A stretch of DNA of 64,000 nt, from the IMG/VR virus record IMGVR_UViG_3300034198_017445, positions 1 through 64,000 of that record. One strand, given 5' to 3'. The DNA is from a virus. Below the pieces are notes generated by a model that saw nothing but the letters and a program-made list of their open reading frames with translations, ran no database searches and had not been told where the DNA came from. Shown here piece by piece: positions 29,920 to 39,659 of this stretch (its first letter is position 1; every line of letters starts with the position of its first letter). The position numbers and the translations under genes were made by a program.

Positions 29920-30462
29920 ATGAAGTTCGACCGAAGGTTGGTTTGTAATTTGGTTTGCTTGGCGGTTTTTGGGTTGTGGATGACTTGCGTTGGAACCGCT
30001 TCGCTGGTGTTCGATCCCCATCAAGCGATGGGTTCGGATTTTGGTTACGATCCGCTTGAGATGGTCGCCGAGAACGAAGTTGGAAATGCGATCGACTTCC
30101 CTGATATGGTCATTGAGCCGGTTGCGCCTGCTCCTGTTGAGCCGTCGCCAGTTTCGCCTGCTCCTGTCGCGCCTGTTTCGTTTCCATCGGATCCATACGT
30201 CACCACGGTTTACGCTGACGGCGTTCCGGTTTCTAGTTCGGGTTCGTGCCAAAACGGAGTGTGCGCTGTCGCCACAGCTCCTGTCAGGCTTGCTGCTGGG
30301 GCTGTCCGGGTTGTAGCGTCGCCGTTCATTCATGAACCGAGACCTGTCGCGTACCCTGCTACTACTTACCGATACTCATCGTCTTCATGCAGCGGGTCTA
30401 CTTCGTCTGGTTCATGCAGCGGTTCGGCGCGTCGCGTCGGTTTGTTCCGTTGGCGTCGCTAG
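29920..30462 (+). CDS. Secreted Pro/Ser/Cys-rich protein
   Basis: Signal-peptide-like N-terminus; GSCQNGVC and SSCSGS...RRVGLFRWRR tail, a style recalled from Planctomycete exported proteins. Confidence 0.55.
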   Translation: MKFDRRLVCNLVCLAVFGLWMTCVGTASLVFDPHQAMGSDFGYDPLEMVAENEVGNAIDFPDMVIEPVAPAPVEPSPVSPAPVAPVSFPSDPYVTTVYADGVPVSSSGSCQNGVCAVATAPVRLAAGAVRVVASPFIHEPRPVAYPATTYRYSSSSCSGSTSSGSCSGSARRVGLFRWRR

Positions 30463-30510
30463 TCTCGCAATGGTTGCACACTTTAGGCGCGGCGAAAGCC
30501 GCTTTCCTCG

Positions 30511-30543
30511 AACCCTCCCAGATTAAACCCTGGGGGGGTTTTT
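30511..30543 (+). terminator. Rho-independent terminator closing the late module
   Basis: AACCCTCCCAG...CTGGGGGGGTT followed by Ts. Confidence 0.7.
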
Positions 30544-30556
30544 CGTGCCTGCTTCG

Positions 30557-30790
30557 GCGCAGCAATTAGGCGCAGCTATTCGGTGGTAATTGCTGCGCGG
30601 ATAGAAAAATCTATCCAAATCTATCCGCGTTTTTCCTTGGGTTTTAATGCTTTTCCGAGTGCGAATCTATGCAAATCTATCCGCGCAGGAGATCGTTAAT
30701 TAATTGCTGCGCGTCTTTTGTCTCGCGTTGTCTGGGGTTGAAGTGTAAAAATTTACACTTCGGAATCGCCCTGAAAAACCTAGAAATCTA
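30557..30790. repeat. Cluster of palindromes and AATCTAT direct repeats in a long non-coding gap
   Basis: GCGCAGCAATTA...TAATTGCTGCGC; GCGGATAGA...TCTATCCGC; five AATCTAT copies; GAAGTGTAAAAATTTACACTTC. Confidence 0.7.
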
Positions 30791-31320
30791 TCGAGATTCG
30801 GAGTTGCAAACCGTTTCGACACGGCTTAAAAGAAAGAACCCCCAGAGACAGTGGTTTCTCTGAGGGTTCTTGGGGACGGTCTGGCTGACCGTTCGCAAGT
30901 ATACAGTGGTGCTAGGCATGGTTCAAGAGACTTAGGGACAGATCGGGATTCATCGGTATGGCGTCGCATGGTTATGCATGGCGCGGAATCGGTTACCGCG
31001 TGGCGATTAAGTTTGGCGATCTATTCTGGGCAGCGACTCGGATCCATATCCGGGGCAAGTAGGGCGAGAGCCCGAGTCGCGATTTTTCGCGGCGACAGGG
31101 GACGGGATTCGCAATCCCGCACGATCGGTAAAAAGCCAAACCAAATAAATCCGAGCAACGACTAACCTGTCGACTCGGTCCCTGGACTGGCTGAAACGAT
31201 CGGCTTCGAAACGTCAACATGCGTTTCGCGTGGATTTTCCCCACTGTGCACAACGTATCGCCGATCCTGGTCTGGGCCTATGTCCAGGGTGAAAAGGGGC
31301 GGCGCGCGCTGAGGTGGAAA

Positions 31321-31890
31321 ATGACGCTAGATTTATCTGATGTGGTGGTGAAAGAGTCTGGAATTCTTCGGACGCGAGTTCCGGGTGGGCTCGGGTTTCG
31401 GAAGCAGCGGGGGGCTGTGTTCTCTCCGTGCGAGCGTTGGAGATACGCATTGTGGAACGTCTGGAGTGGTCACGAGGATCCCAGGATCATTGCCTACGTC
31501 GGGCTCAATCCTTCCACGGCTGACGAGATGAAAGACGATCCTACCATCCGTCGCTGTCGTGGCTTCGCGGAAAAATGGGGCTGGGACGGGATGGTAATGC
31601 TCAATGCGTTCGCGTTCCGTTCTACGGATCCGAAAGGGTTAAAAACCATTGATGATCCGGTCGGGGCTGAGACTGATTTGTGGTTAGCACGGCTAGGACA
31701 GAGTTGCGGCGTTGTTGTCGCTTGCTGGGGCGTGCATTGCGATTTGAATCGTGAGCGTGCGGTCTGTGGGGCTATTGGTCGCAAGATGCGATGTTTTGGA
31801 AGGACAAAGGATGGAAAACCAAAGCATCCGTTGTATTTGCCTGGAAGTAGTACTCTGATCCAATATTGGAGTGGACGTTTTGAAAGCTAA
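31321..31890 (+). CDS. DUF1643 family protein
   Basis: AVFSPCERWRYAL, GLNPSTADEMKDDPTIRRC, NAFAFRSTDP, WG, KPKHPLY. Confidence 0.85.
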   Translation: MTLDLSDVVVKESGILRTRVPGGLGFRKQRGAVFSPCERWRYALWNVWSGHEDPRIIAYVGLNPSTADEMKDDPTIRRCRGFAEKWGWDGMVMLNAFAFRSTDPKGLKTIDDPVGAETDLWLARLGQSCGVVVACWGVHCDLNRERAVCGAIGRKMRCFGRTKDGKPKHPLYLPGSSTLIQYWSGRFES

Positions 31891-32479
31891 CAAAGAGGTT
31901 TTGTGGTACACGTTGAGTGCTGGCATTATGTGCGGCGCGTACCCTGGTTCGTTCCTGAAAAACGACGCAAAGCGGAGAATCAACAAGCTGCTCAATTTGG
32001 GCGTTCGATCGTTCGTTGATCTTACCGAACAAAGGGAAGCAACCAGAAACGGTTGGCTGCGGTCGTACACGAAGGTCGATCCAATGTCGGACGAAGATAT
32101 CCTGGCTGAGTGTGCCAAAAAGAAGGGTATCGTCGATTACGAGTACGCTGGGTTTCCCATCCGTGATGGTGACGTTCCTAGCTACGCTGTGGTCGATCTG
32201 GCAATGATTCGGATCCTCCGGGCGCGTTCGGAAGGCAAGATTGCCTACGTCCATTGCCGTGGTGGTATCGGTCGAACCGGGGTGATCGCTGCGATTTTCC
32301 TTGGGTGCGAGGATCTCGACTGCAATCCGCAGGACAAGCTGGACGTGATCCGGTCGACGGCTGGCATCTTCACGCCAAGTCCGGAGAACGGGAAGCAACG
32401 CGAGTTCGTTGATCGATACCTGCAAACCTACCGGGAAAAGCGGCATAAGTTCTGGTTTTCGAAGGACGCAAAAAAATAA
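31871..32479 (+). CDS. Dual-specificity / tyrosine phosphatase
   Basis: HCRGGIGRTG CX5R loop; FPIRDGDVP acid loop. Confidence 0.88.
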   Translation: MDVLKANKEVLWYTLSAGIMCGAYPGSFLKNDAKRRINKLLNLGVRSFVDLTEQREATRNGWLRSYTKVDPMSDEDILAECAKKKGIVDYEYAGFPIRDGDVPSYAVVDLAMIRILRARSEGKIAYVHCRGGIGRTGVIAAIFLGCEDLDCNPQDKLDVIRSTAGIFTPSPENGKQREFVDRYLQTYREKRHKFWFSKDAKK

Positions 32480-32490
32480 CGCTCAAAGTT

Positions 32491-32525
32491 GAGACTGTTT
32501 TTGTTTTTGCTCGGCTTAGTAGGTG
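32491..32525 (+). promoter_or_regulatory. Repeated promoter-like motif GAGAC-N15-TCGGCT
   Basis: Same spacing at 32491, 34548, 41271, 43844, 55613 and 61821, each at a gene boundary ahead of an operon. Confidence 0.7.
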
Positions 32526-32562
32526 AGGCGATTTTTCAGGCTTTAACTTCCCGAGGTTTACC

Positions 32563-34050
32563 GTGACTTACGATTTTGCAAAGAGTTTCGAGCGTGCTTT
32601 TCGAGTTGGTGTTCCGTTGGTGGCTGTCGAGTCGTCGGATCCTACCGAGTCGATTCGAAAGATCTACCAGTCTGTTCGCGGAATCAACAATGCTCCCGGT
32701 GTCATTATGTGGGATTGCGTTCGCGGCGTCTCGATCGCATCCTTGGAGGACAAGGCTGCTCAGGAAGCGTTGACGACGATTAGTGGAAACCCAAGCGATT
32801 ACGTTTCCAGTCCTGTTCCGTTTCTTCTGGAGGTTCCAAAGATTCGCGAGAGGACGATCATCGTTCTTATCAATGCTCATCGGTTCATCAACGACACGAT
32901 GTGCATCCAGGCGGTCAGTAATCTTCGCGACGTGTGCAAGGCTGAGAGCAAGCTGATTGTCCTGCTCGGCTGTGCGACGCTGCCTGCTGAATTGCAGCAC
33001 GACGTTATCAGTTTCTCGGATCCACTTCCGGACGCTGATCGATTGCAGGCGATCGTGAGCGAGGTTTGCGATTGTGCAAGCACGGAAGTCAGCGACGAAA
33101 CCGTTCGCCAGGGTGGTTCGGCTTGTTTGGGGGTGACTGGCTTTGCTGCTGAAAACCTGACCGCGCTGGCGATCGATCGTGAGGACGGCTTGAAGTTGGA
33201 TCAGCTTTGGGCATCCAAGGCGAGGAAGATCAATCAAACTCCGGGGCTGTCGGTTGTGTCAAGCACCAATGGCTACGATTCGATCGGTGGTTGCAATCAA
33301 ATAAAGAAATTCTTGCGTGCAAACCTGAACGGCAAGGCGCGACCAAACGCGATCGTCTACATCGACGAAATCGAAAAGATGCTGGGTGGTTCGGGCGATA
33401 CGAGTGGGGTGTCTCAGGACCAGTTGGGTCAGTTGCTTTCCTGGCTGCAGGACAAGCGAGCGACTGGGGTGATCCTGGTTGGACCCCCAGGTGCAGCCAA
33501 GTCTGCGATTGCGAAGGCTTCCGGTGCCGAGGGTAACATCCCAACGATCCAGTTGGACCTTGGTGCTACGAAGGGATCGCTGGTTGGTCAGTCTGAGCAG
33601 CAAGTTCGGGAGGCACTCAAGGTGATCGATGCGGTTTCGGGTGGTTCGACGCTGTGGGTCGCGACCTGCAATTCCTTGACGGATTTGCCCCCAGAACTAA
33701 AGCGTCGGTTCAAACTCGGGACGTGGTTCTTTGATTTGCCCGACCTGGAAGAACGACGATCGATTTGGGAAATCTACGGCGCTCGGTATGGTATCGCCAA
33801 GGAAGATTGGCAACCGATGCTTTCGAATGAGTGGACTGGGGCTGAGATTGAATCTTGCTGCGAGCTGGCGAGCAATCTCGGGATCCCTGTCAGCGAGTCG
33901 GCTGAATACATCGTTCCGGTCGCCAAGCAAGCCGCAGACGCGATTGCCAAACTGCGATCCGGTGCGGAGGGCAAGTTCCTATCGGCAAGCGTTCCTGGTC
34001 CTTACATGCGTCGTCAGGTGGCATCCACGGCTGGTCGTCGGATGGAGTAG
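32563..34050 (+). CDS. AAA+ ATPase (Ycf46-like)
   Basis: Walker A GPPGAAKS; IVYIDEIEKML; GSLVGQSE; ATCNSLTDLPPELKRRF; FFDLPDLEER. Confidence 0.85.
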   Translation: MTYDFAKSFERAFRVGVPLVAVESSDPTESIRKIYQSVRGINNAPGVIMWDCVRGVSIASLEDKAAQEALTTISGNPSDYVSSPVPFLLEVPKIRERTIIVLINAHRFINDTMCIQAVSNLRDVCKAESKLIVLLGCATLPAELQHDVISFSDPLPDADRLQAIVSEVCDCASTEVSDETVRQGGSACLGVTGFAAENLTALAIDREDGLKLDQLWASKARKINQTPGLSVVSSTNGYDSIGGCNQIKKFLRANLNGKARPNAIVYIDEIEKMLGGSGDTSGVSQDQLGQLLSWLQDKRATGVILVGPPGAAKSAIAKASGAEGNIPTIQLDLGATKGSLVGQSEQQVREALKVIDAVSGGSTLWVATCNSLTDLPPELKRRFKLGTWFFDLPDLEERRSIWEIYGARYGIAKEDWQPMLSNEWTGAEIESCCELASNLGIPVSESAEYIVPVAKQAADAIAKLRSGAEGKFLSASVPGPYMRRQVASTAGRRME

Positions 34051-34069
34051 GCTGATTGATGGTATTCTG

Positions 34070-34095
34070 ACGGTCGTTTCGGCGACCGTTTTTTT
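34070..34095 (+). terminator. Rho-independent terminator
   Basis: ACGGTCGT-TTCG-GCGACCGT followed by a T-run. Confidence 0.75.
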
Positions 34096-34111
34096 GTGTC
34101 TGGAGGCAAGC

Positions 34112-34531
34112 GTGGAAAATCGAGAAGCATTGGAGGTCATTCGCTGCGGGGTGGAGTTGTTTCCTGACCTGCGGTCGTACTTGGCTTCGGTGGATTCTTC
34201 GGCGACGGCAGTCGGATCCTGGGCTGCTCAGATCCTCGGGCTCGATCGGTTGGATGCTATCGATGTTTTTGAGGCGTGGAGGGTTGGTGAAATCCCTCTA
34301 TTTGACCGCCAGGATTGCGTTCTGTTCGGCGATGCGATCGTTGGCGCTCTGGAGGTCTTGCGCGAGCGACGGAGTTCGATGGATCGCGTTCCAGTGCGTT
34401 CCCTGTCCGACCAGTACCAAGAGATCCTGTCGCGTCGGGAGAAACCTGTTCGCGAGTACAACGCCAAGGCTGCGGAAGCGTACCGGAGATTCATGATGCG
34501 GTACTTGGCAGACCTGGCGTACCAGGAATAA
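34112..34531 (+). CDS. Hypothetical protein
   Basis: GTG start after GGAGG. Confidence 0.55.
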   Translation: MENREALEVIRCGVELFPDLRSYLASVDSSATAVGSWAAQILGLDRLDAIDVFEAWRVGEIPLFDRQDCVLFGDAIVGALEVLRERRSSMDRVPVRSLSDQYQEILSRREKPVREYNAKAAEAYRRFMMRYLADLAYQE

Positions 34532-34547
34532 AAAAACAGCCAAAGTT

Positions 34548-34582
34548 GAGACTGTTTTTGTTTTGGCTCGGCTTAGTAGGTG
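34548..34582 (+). promoter_or_regulatory. GAGAC-N15-TCGGCT motif copy
   Basis: Near-identical to the 32491 copy over about 40 bp. Confidence 0.7.
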
Positions 34583-34624
34583 TGCTGAAAGTTTCCGTGT
34601 TCAAGTTTCCCAAGGGGTTACGAA

Positions 34625-35527
34625 ATGACCAATTTTTCCGACAGGATCAAAGCTGCTACAACCGGTTGCAGGCTTTCAATCGGTTCGATGAGTGTTCGCA
34701 AGAAAATCACCGCTACCCAGCAGGCGAAGATTGCATCTTTATTTGATGCTGAGTTGGCTTCCGTCGATGGTGGTCGCAAGATCATCAATCGTAAGTTGAA
34801 GCCCGTAGCTGAGATGTTTCGGATTCTTCGCGAGGTGCGTTCGACTTGGTTTGCCTATTCGATTCCTTACGAGCCAGGGGTGCGGTTGATTCGCGTCGAT
34901 CGGGTCGAATGGATCAGCGAGACGGTTGCGAAGGCTGCTGAGGAATTGGAAGTTGCCAAGAATGAATTGCATGCTCGTTGGGATGAAGTGATCGAGGATG
35001 CTCGGACACGGCTGGGCGACCTGTTTGTCGAGTCGGATTACCAATTCGATGTTCGGGACATGGTTGGGATTGCGGTATCGTTCCCTGCGATCGAACCGGA
35101 CGGACGGGTCGCTGCCCTGGCACCAGAGGTTTTTGCTGCGGAGCGTGCTCGGATTGCAGCCAAGATGGAAGAAGCGGCTGTAACTGCGGAGGCTGCTTTG
35201 CAGGCTCAGTTGCTCGAAATGGTTTCGTCTCTCGAAACGCGGCTGGTCGACGGTGAGTCCGAGGACGGCAAGAAGCGGGTGATCCGCCAGGGGGCTGTCG
35301 ATGAAATCGTCGAGTTCGCCAATCGGTTTCGCGCTACGGCAATCAACAGCGATGCCCAACTGGACGAAATCGTGGAGCGTGCTAAGGCTTTGGCTTCCGG
35401 CGTGGACTTGTCGGCTGTCCGAAAGGATGCAGTCGCGAAGAAATCGCTTTCGGAATCGTTCGGCGACATCCGTAAAAACCTTGAGAATTACGTCGAAGTG
35501 AAAAAGGAAAGAAAATTCGACCTGTAG
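34625..35527 (+). CDS. DUF3150-like coiled-coil protein
   Basis: SIPYEPGVRLIRVDRV...LGDLFVESDY pattern, recalled from proteins encoded near Ycf46-like ATPases. Confidence 0.55.
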   Translation: MTNFSDRIKAATTGCRLSIGSMSVRKKITATQQAKIASLFDAELASVDGGRKIINRKLKPVAEMFRILREVRSTWFAYSIPYEPGVRLIRVDRVEWISETVAKAAEELEVAKNELHARWDEVIEDARTRLGDLFVESDYQFDVRDMVGIAVSFPAIEPDGRVAALAPEVFAAERARIAAKMEEAAVTAEAALQAQLLEMVSSLETRLVDGESEDGKKRVIRQGAVDEIVEFANRFRATAINSDAQLDEIVERAKALASGVDLSAVRKDAVAKKSLSESFGDIRKNLENYVEVKKERKFDL

Positions 35528-35528
35528 T

Positions 35529-35563
35529 CGCGCCCTGTTTTGGCCTGAAAACCGCCATGGTTA
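35529..35563 (+). promoter_or_regulatory. Repeated motif CGCGCCCTG-N16-GCC
   Basis: Same spacing at 35529, 52860 and 54453, all intergenic. Confidence 0.6.
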
Positions 35564-35609
35564 GTAAGGCCGAGTGGCTGGTTCGAAGTTCTCTCTGAAA
35601 GTTAAGAAA

Positions 35610-35864
35610 ATGGTCGCTGCTACAAAGGTTTCTGAAATCGTCTCAGGTGTCAAGGTTGTGATCCAAACCGCAGACGGGTTGTGGTTGTCGCTCAAAAAGG
35701 ACGTTGACGTTTCCGACTTCGCTCGATCGCACGGCGACTTGCCTGTCGAGGTTGCTGACTTCGATCCTCAGTTCGTGGCTTACAAATGCCCAGCGTTGCA
35801 GGCTCGCGTTGCTGCGATCTCGCACTGGATGGACATCGACGCTGCTCAGCACGGGGCTGATTAG
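35610..35864 (+). CDS. Hypothetical protein
   Basis: Short ORF after a promoter-like motif. Confidence 0.45.
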   Translation: MVAATKVSEIVSGVKVVIQTADGLWLSLKKDVDVSDFARSHGDLPVEVADFDPQFVAYKCPALQARVAAISHWMDIDAAQHGAD

Positions 35865-35926
35865 CTTTTCCTGGTGGCTTGTGGCGCTGCTGTCCTGGTG
35901 GTCAGCGGCGCTTTTGGAGTGTGGTT

Positions 35927-36442
35927 ATGTCGAGTGAAGTTAAATCGAACGTAAGTCTTTCGTTTGTTGTGGATAAGTTCTCTTGGCATTCTTCTGATCG
36001 CGTTTGCGATCGGTACGGTTCGTTTGGTGTCGAAAGCGACGTTACTTTTAAGTTGCTTTCCGATCGATTTGAAAGGAAGCGAGTCAAGGTTGTTGCCAAG
36101 GTTCTTGAGGTCAAGCCGTGCGAGCACATTGGCGACTTGTTTCACGGGTTCTTTCACACTGTTCCCGAAGTTGGCGAGGTCGCTACGCTCGGGATCGGTT
36201 CGCTTATTGTTTGTTCGGATGGTGACTATCATTTTGTTCGCATCAAACCAGAAGACTCTCGGTCAGAATTCTGGCTTGATCCGATGTTGCTGTATCGTCT
36301 CTGTCATCAGCGAGTTGAGATCACGATCGAGGAAACCGACGAAGCTGATTTGCTATATCCGTTCTGGTTTATTGATGGCAGCAAACAGGAATGTCCTGCT
36401 TGGATCAAGCGTCTCTTGAAAAAGAAAGAAGGTGATGCGTGA
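35927..36442 (+). CDS. Hypothetical protein
   Basis: GGAG RBS; coupled to the next gene. Confidence 0.55.
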   Translation: MSSEVKSNVSLSFVVDKFSWHSSDRVCDRYGSFGVESDVTFKLLSDRFERKRVKVVAKVLEVKPCEHIGDLFHGFFHTVPEVGEVATLGIGSLIVCSDGDYHFVRIKPEDSRSEFWLDPMLLYRLCHQRVEITIEETDEADLLYPFWFIDGSKQECPAWIKRLLKKKEGDA

Positions 36443-36768
36443 ACACAAGGGAGAAGATTCTGTACCTGCGAGATTGTGCTATCGAGTTGAGAGCGATCAG
36501 TGCAAAGCTCGATGCAATGCAGGGAGGTCTGGCAAAGAATTGCGGTGATGATTCTCTGCTTGCGAAGGACATCGAGAAGTTCGATGATGCGGTTGATGAA
36601 ATCGATGACCTGATGGTTGCTGTCGAAGAATCAAAGGAGCGTTACGAGGACGAGATAGCGGAGGACGAGCACGATTGTCGTATGACCGACGATCCGATCT
36701 ATCGAGATGCATGGGTCAAGTCGCAAAAGGAAAAGGAAATCGCAGAGCATGGCATCAACGAAGATTGA
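36439..36768 (+). CDS. Hypothetical acidic coiled-coil protein
   Basis: GTGA coupling. Confidence 0.5.
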   Translation: MNTREKILYLRDCAIELRAISAKLDAMQGGLAKNCGDDSLLAKDIEKFDDAVDEIDDLMVAVEESKERYEDEIAEDEHDCRMTDDPIYRDAWVKSQKEKEIAEHGINED

Positions 36769-37186
36769 AAGCGGAAAGTTTCCGCACATCGAAGGCGTCT
36801 CAAATTGCCCGTTCTGCGGTAGCGATCGGATTGTTTTGCTGGTTCGCCAGGAACGGCTAGCGATCGTTGAGCCTGGGGAGGATTCGGACGTTGATCTTCA
36901 CTGGGGTGAGTGCATTAACTGCGAGGCTCGTGGTCCGTTGGTTGGGTCGTGTGACGTTGCAAAGAAGGCTTGGAACGATCGAGCTGTTGATAGGGCAAGA
37001 ATTCAGGCGATGCACGAGGCGATCGCTATGGTGTACTTCGCTGACGATAGCGACTATCTTCCGGCGTTCTATTCGATCGTTTGTTTGCTTGGTGGTGATG
37101 AGGCGAAGGATTTGCTTGTTGCAAATCCAAAAGAGGCGTATCACAAATACGATCCAGAAAAAAAGGTGAGTGATGGGCATGGCTGA
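36749..37186 (+). CDS. Lar-like (restriction alleviation) zinc-ribbon protein
   Basis: CPFCGS...CINCEARGP...AKKAWNDRA. Confidence 0.65.
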   Translation: MASTKIESGKFPHIEGVSNCPFCGSDRIVLLVRQERLAIVEPGEDSDVDLHWGECINCEARGPLVGSCDVAKKAWNDRAVDRARIQAMHEAIAMVYFADDSDYLPAFYSIVCLLGGDEAKDLLVANPKEAYHKYDPEKKVSDGHG

Positions 37187-37460
37187 GGTAAATGAAACCA
37201 AACCGGTCGACGGTGAGATCGAAGCAATCAAAAAGCAGTCGGCTGCTCGTATGGCATTGATTGAAGCGATTCAGAAAAAAGGGAGTTACTGGGAAGCTCT
37301 AGCTACAAGCGAAGCGATCGCGTTTGCCAGAAATCCTGACGACAAAGACGCAAGGGATAGGGCGCAGCGAACAATTCTTCGCGCTGATACTTCCGAGAAG
37401 CTAGCCAAGGAAATCATCGAGTTGGTCTACAAGCACTGGGCCATCAAGGGGGCGTCGTGA
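37179..37460 (+). CDS. Hypothetical protein
   Basis: Coupled ORF. Confidence 0.5.
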   Translation: MAEVNETKPVDGEIEAIKKQSAARMALIEAIQKKGSYWEALATSEAIAFARNPDDKDARDRAQRTILRADTSEKLAKEIIELVYKHWAIKGAS

Positions 37461-37768
37461 GCAAGTTCAAAGAGGCTGAGTTCGATCCTCCTGTTGCTGC
37501 GTACTACGCTTCCAAAGGTATAACTCCGGTCAAGTTTCTGGTTTGCCAAAAGCCGAACGGCGTTGTTGTCTGTGCGATAGTCACTGACGATCCAAGCGGC
37601 GAGAATGATGCTGTCGAACGGTGCGTTAGCGTATCGGCGTCGCAGTTCGGTGTTCGTCGGATGCCTACTCGAAACGAGGTCATGAGTGCCGTGGCTGCGG
37701 TCGGTTGGGAATGGTCAAAGTGTAGCGCGATCGAGGGTAATAACGTGGTTACCGTTTATCAGTCGTGA
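37457..37768 (+). CDS. Hypothetical protein
   Basis: Coupled ORF; SVSAS...RRMPTRNEV motif. Confidence 0.5.
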   Translation: MSKFKEAEFDPPVAAYYASKGITPVKFLVCQKPNGVVVCAIVTDDPSGENDAVERCVSVSASQFGVRRMPTRNEVMSAVAAVGWEWSKCSAIEGNNVVTVYQS

Positions 37769-37782
37769 TGGGTGTTTTTATT

Positions 37783-38010
37783 ATGGACGATAGGAGGTCG
37801 ATGATGCATCAAGGTCGAAGTTCAAACGCGCAGCTTGCGTTGTGTGCTCTGCTTGCGAGCGAGATGAATCGGATGCAGGTTCCGGTTGAGCATGTTGTTG
37901 ATTCAACGCGTGGTCAGCCAATCAAATCGATTCATGCTGACGAGCGTGCGCGTCGCAAGGCTCGAAAGAAGTTAGCAAACAAATCCCGCAAGCGAAACCG
38001 AAAGGGGTAG
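37783..38010 (+). CDS. Small basic protein
   Basis: RRKARKKLANKSRKRNRKG tail typical of phage early proteins; start uncertain. Confidence 0.5.
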   Translation: MDDRRSMMHQGRSSNAQLALCALLASEMNRMQVPVEHVVDSTRGQPIKSIHADERARRKARKKLANKSRKRNRKG

Positions 38011-38018
38011 GTGGTTCT

Positions 38019-38312
38019 ATGGCTGGTCTTTTCATCAACGAAATTATCAGGATGCTTTCGCCGTGGTATCGGCTTGAGTTCCGCAATCTGGAAACCGACT
38101 ATGTTTTTGTACGGTTGCTCGGAGAGGACATGCAGGTCGCAAAACTAAATGACCGTTTTCTCGTTCGCAGCGTATCTCCAAATCTTTTGATGTACGAGGA
38201 AAAGACGTACAACGCCCACCGCATCGAAAAGATCCTGAACGGCTGGGTTCGAAACGATGCTGGCGATCTTGTTCATCCAGATAATGAGGCTCAGTCATGC
38301 CCGGAAATATAA
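38019..38312 (+). CDS. Hypothetical protein
   Basis: ORF in the operon. Confidence 0.45.
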   Translation: MAGLFINEIIRMLSPWYRLEFRNLETDYVFVRLLGEDMQVAKLNDRFLVRSVSPNLLMYEEKTYNAHRIEKILNGWVRNDAGDLVHPDNEAQSCPEI

Positions 38313-38554
38313 GCAAAAGTCTTGAGCAGCGAGTGTTCGAGGCTTTCAAAACCGAGGATGCTCTTGTGCTTTCATTTAAAGAAGTCATCTCTCTGATGCG
38401 TGATGACGCTTTTGCTACTCGCGTGACGGCTGTGGCTGCGGAGGAGGCTGGAGTTGAGCATGATGGACATGATGCGGTCGAGGGGTATCGCGGTGGTGAA
38501 ACGTGGTCGGAGTTCAAGCGTCGTCTAAAACGAGTAGCGAAGGGCAAGTCATGA
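38297..38554 (+). CDS. Hypothetical protein
   Basis: ORF in the operon. Confidence 0.45.
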   Translation: MPGNISKSLEQRVFEAFKTEDALVLSFKEVISLMRDDAFATRVTAVAAEEAGVEHDGHDAVEGYRGGETWSEFKRRLKRVAKGKS

Positions 38555-38970
38555 AAGCATTAACAATTTCGCAGCCATACGCATCTCTGATCGCATCCGG
38601 CGAGAAGTGGGTCGAGAACCGAACGTGGCAGACCAGCTATCGCGGTGAGTTGGCAATCCATGCTGGGCTGGGGAGTCGGTACTTGAAGAAGGAGCAGCTT
38701 GCTGATTACCCGACCGGATGCGTGATTGCAATCGCTCGGCTGGTCGCTTGTGTGTCGGCTGCTTCAATCTCGATTCAAGGACACGACAGGAAGTTAGGTT
38801 CTGTTGTGATTCCAGGGTCCAAAGTGACGTGGCTTGAAGCCTTAACGCACAAGCATGCAGAAGGTCCATGGTGTTGGATCCTGGAGGACGTTCGAACGAT
38901 CGATCCAGTTCAAGTCAGGGGTGCTCAGCAGCTTTGGGAGTTCGACTACAAGAGTGAGGTGGTGAAGTGA
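38551..38970 (+). CDS. ASCH domain protein
   Basis: MKALTISQPYASLIASGEKWVENRTW...LAIHAG...RGAQQLW. Confidence 0.9.
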   Translation: MKALTISQPYASLIASGEKWVENRTWQTSYRGELAIHAGLGSRYLKKEQLADYPTGCVIAIARLVACVSAASISIQGHDRKLGSVVIPGSKVTWLEALTHKHAEGPWCWILEDVRTIDPVQVRGAQQLWEFDYKSEVVK

Positions 38971-39659
38971 CGCATTCGAGACGGGCGTTCATGGCTCGGG
39001 CTGTCGTAGCTGGCGCGGCAACGTTATACGCTCCGACCGTCTTGCTGCGAGAGAGCATCGATCGTGAGGCGATCCTTCGATCGTTTTGCGTGCGGGAGTA
39101 TTGCTGTCGATACGACATTGCTGATCCGTTTTCTCAGGGTGCTTGGACCTACGCGACCGATGCGAGATGGATCGTTCGTGCTGAGTTGGTGTCCATGGTC
39201 GACGACGGCGAGCCGAAGCGAAGACCAAACGCGGAGTTGATTTGCAGTGGGCTGTGGGACGACAGCGCGGTAATGCGAGAGTTCTGCATGCCTGCTCTCG
39301 ATCATCTTGTGGAGGGGTACGAAGATTGTCCTGTATGCAAGGGGCGGCGCATTGATGTGCGCGATAACTGGACTGCCTACACTGGCGATCTTGATTTCGA
39401 TCCTGATGACGGAACCATTGCTGACCGATCGTGTGCTTGGTGCTGGGATCCGGTAAAGAAAAAAACTAAGAGCAAGATCAAAAGTTGCGTCATGTTTGGC
39501 GATAAGGTTTTTGGTGCCAATCGCCTAGCCAACATTCTTTCGATTCCGGACGTGCGCATCGCGGAAGTTTCGCGAAAGGGTGCGTTCGAGGATTCAGGTC
39601 TTATTCAGTTCGAAGGTTCTGGTTTCAGCGGATTTATGACTGGAATGAAGTATGAGTGA
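38967..39659 (+). CDS. Hypothetical Zn-finger protein with an N-terminal twin-arginine-like motif
   Basis: SRRAFMARAVVAGAA; YATDARW; CPVC...CAWC. Confidence 0.55.
   Translation: MTHSRRAFMARAVVAGAATLYAPTVLLRESIDREAILRSFCVREYCCRYDIADPFSQGAWTYATDARWIVRAELVSMVDDGEPKRRPNAELICSGLWDDSAVMREFCMPALDHLVEGYEDCPVCKGRRIDVRDNWTAYTGDLDFDPDDGTIADRSCAWCWDPVKKKTKSKIKSCVMFGDKVFGANRLANILSIPDVRIAEVSRKGAFEDSGLIQFEGSGFSGFMTGMKYE

Noticed and set aside
30547-30560. GCCTGCTTCGGC as a solitary array repeat
   Set aside because: Only 4 nt in the S2 position and no downstream S2' partner.
30669-31253. Short ORFs in the intergenic gap
   Set aside because: No RBS or domain, and they overlap palindromic elements.
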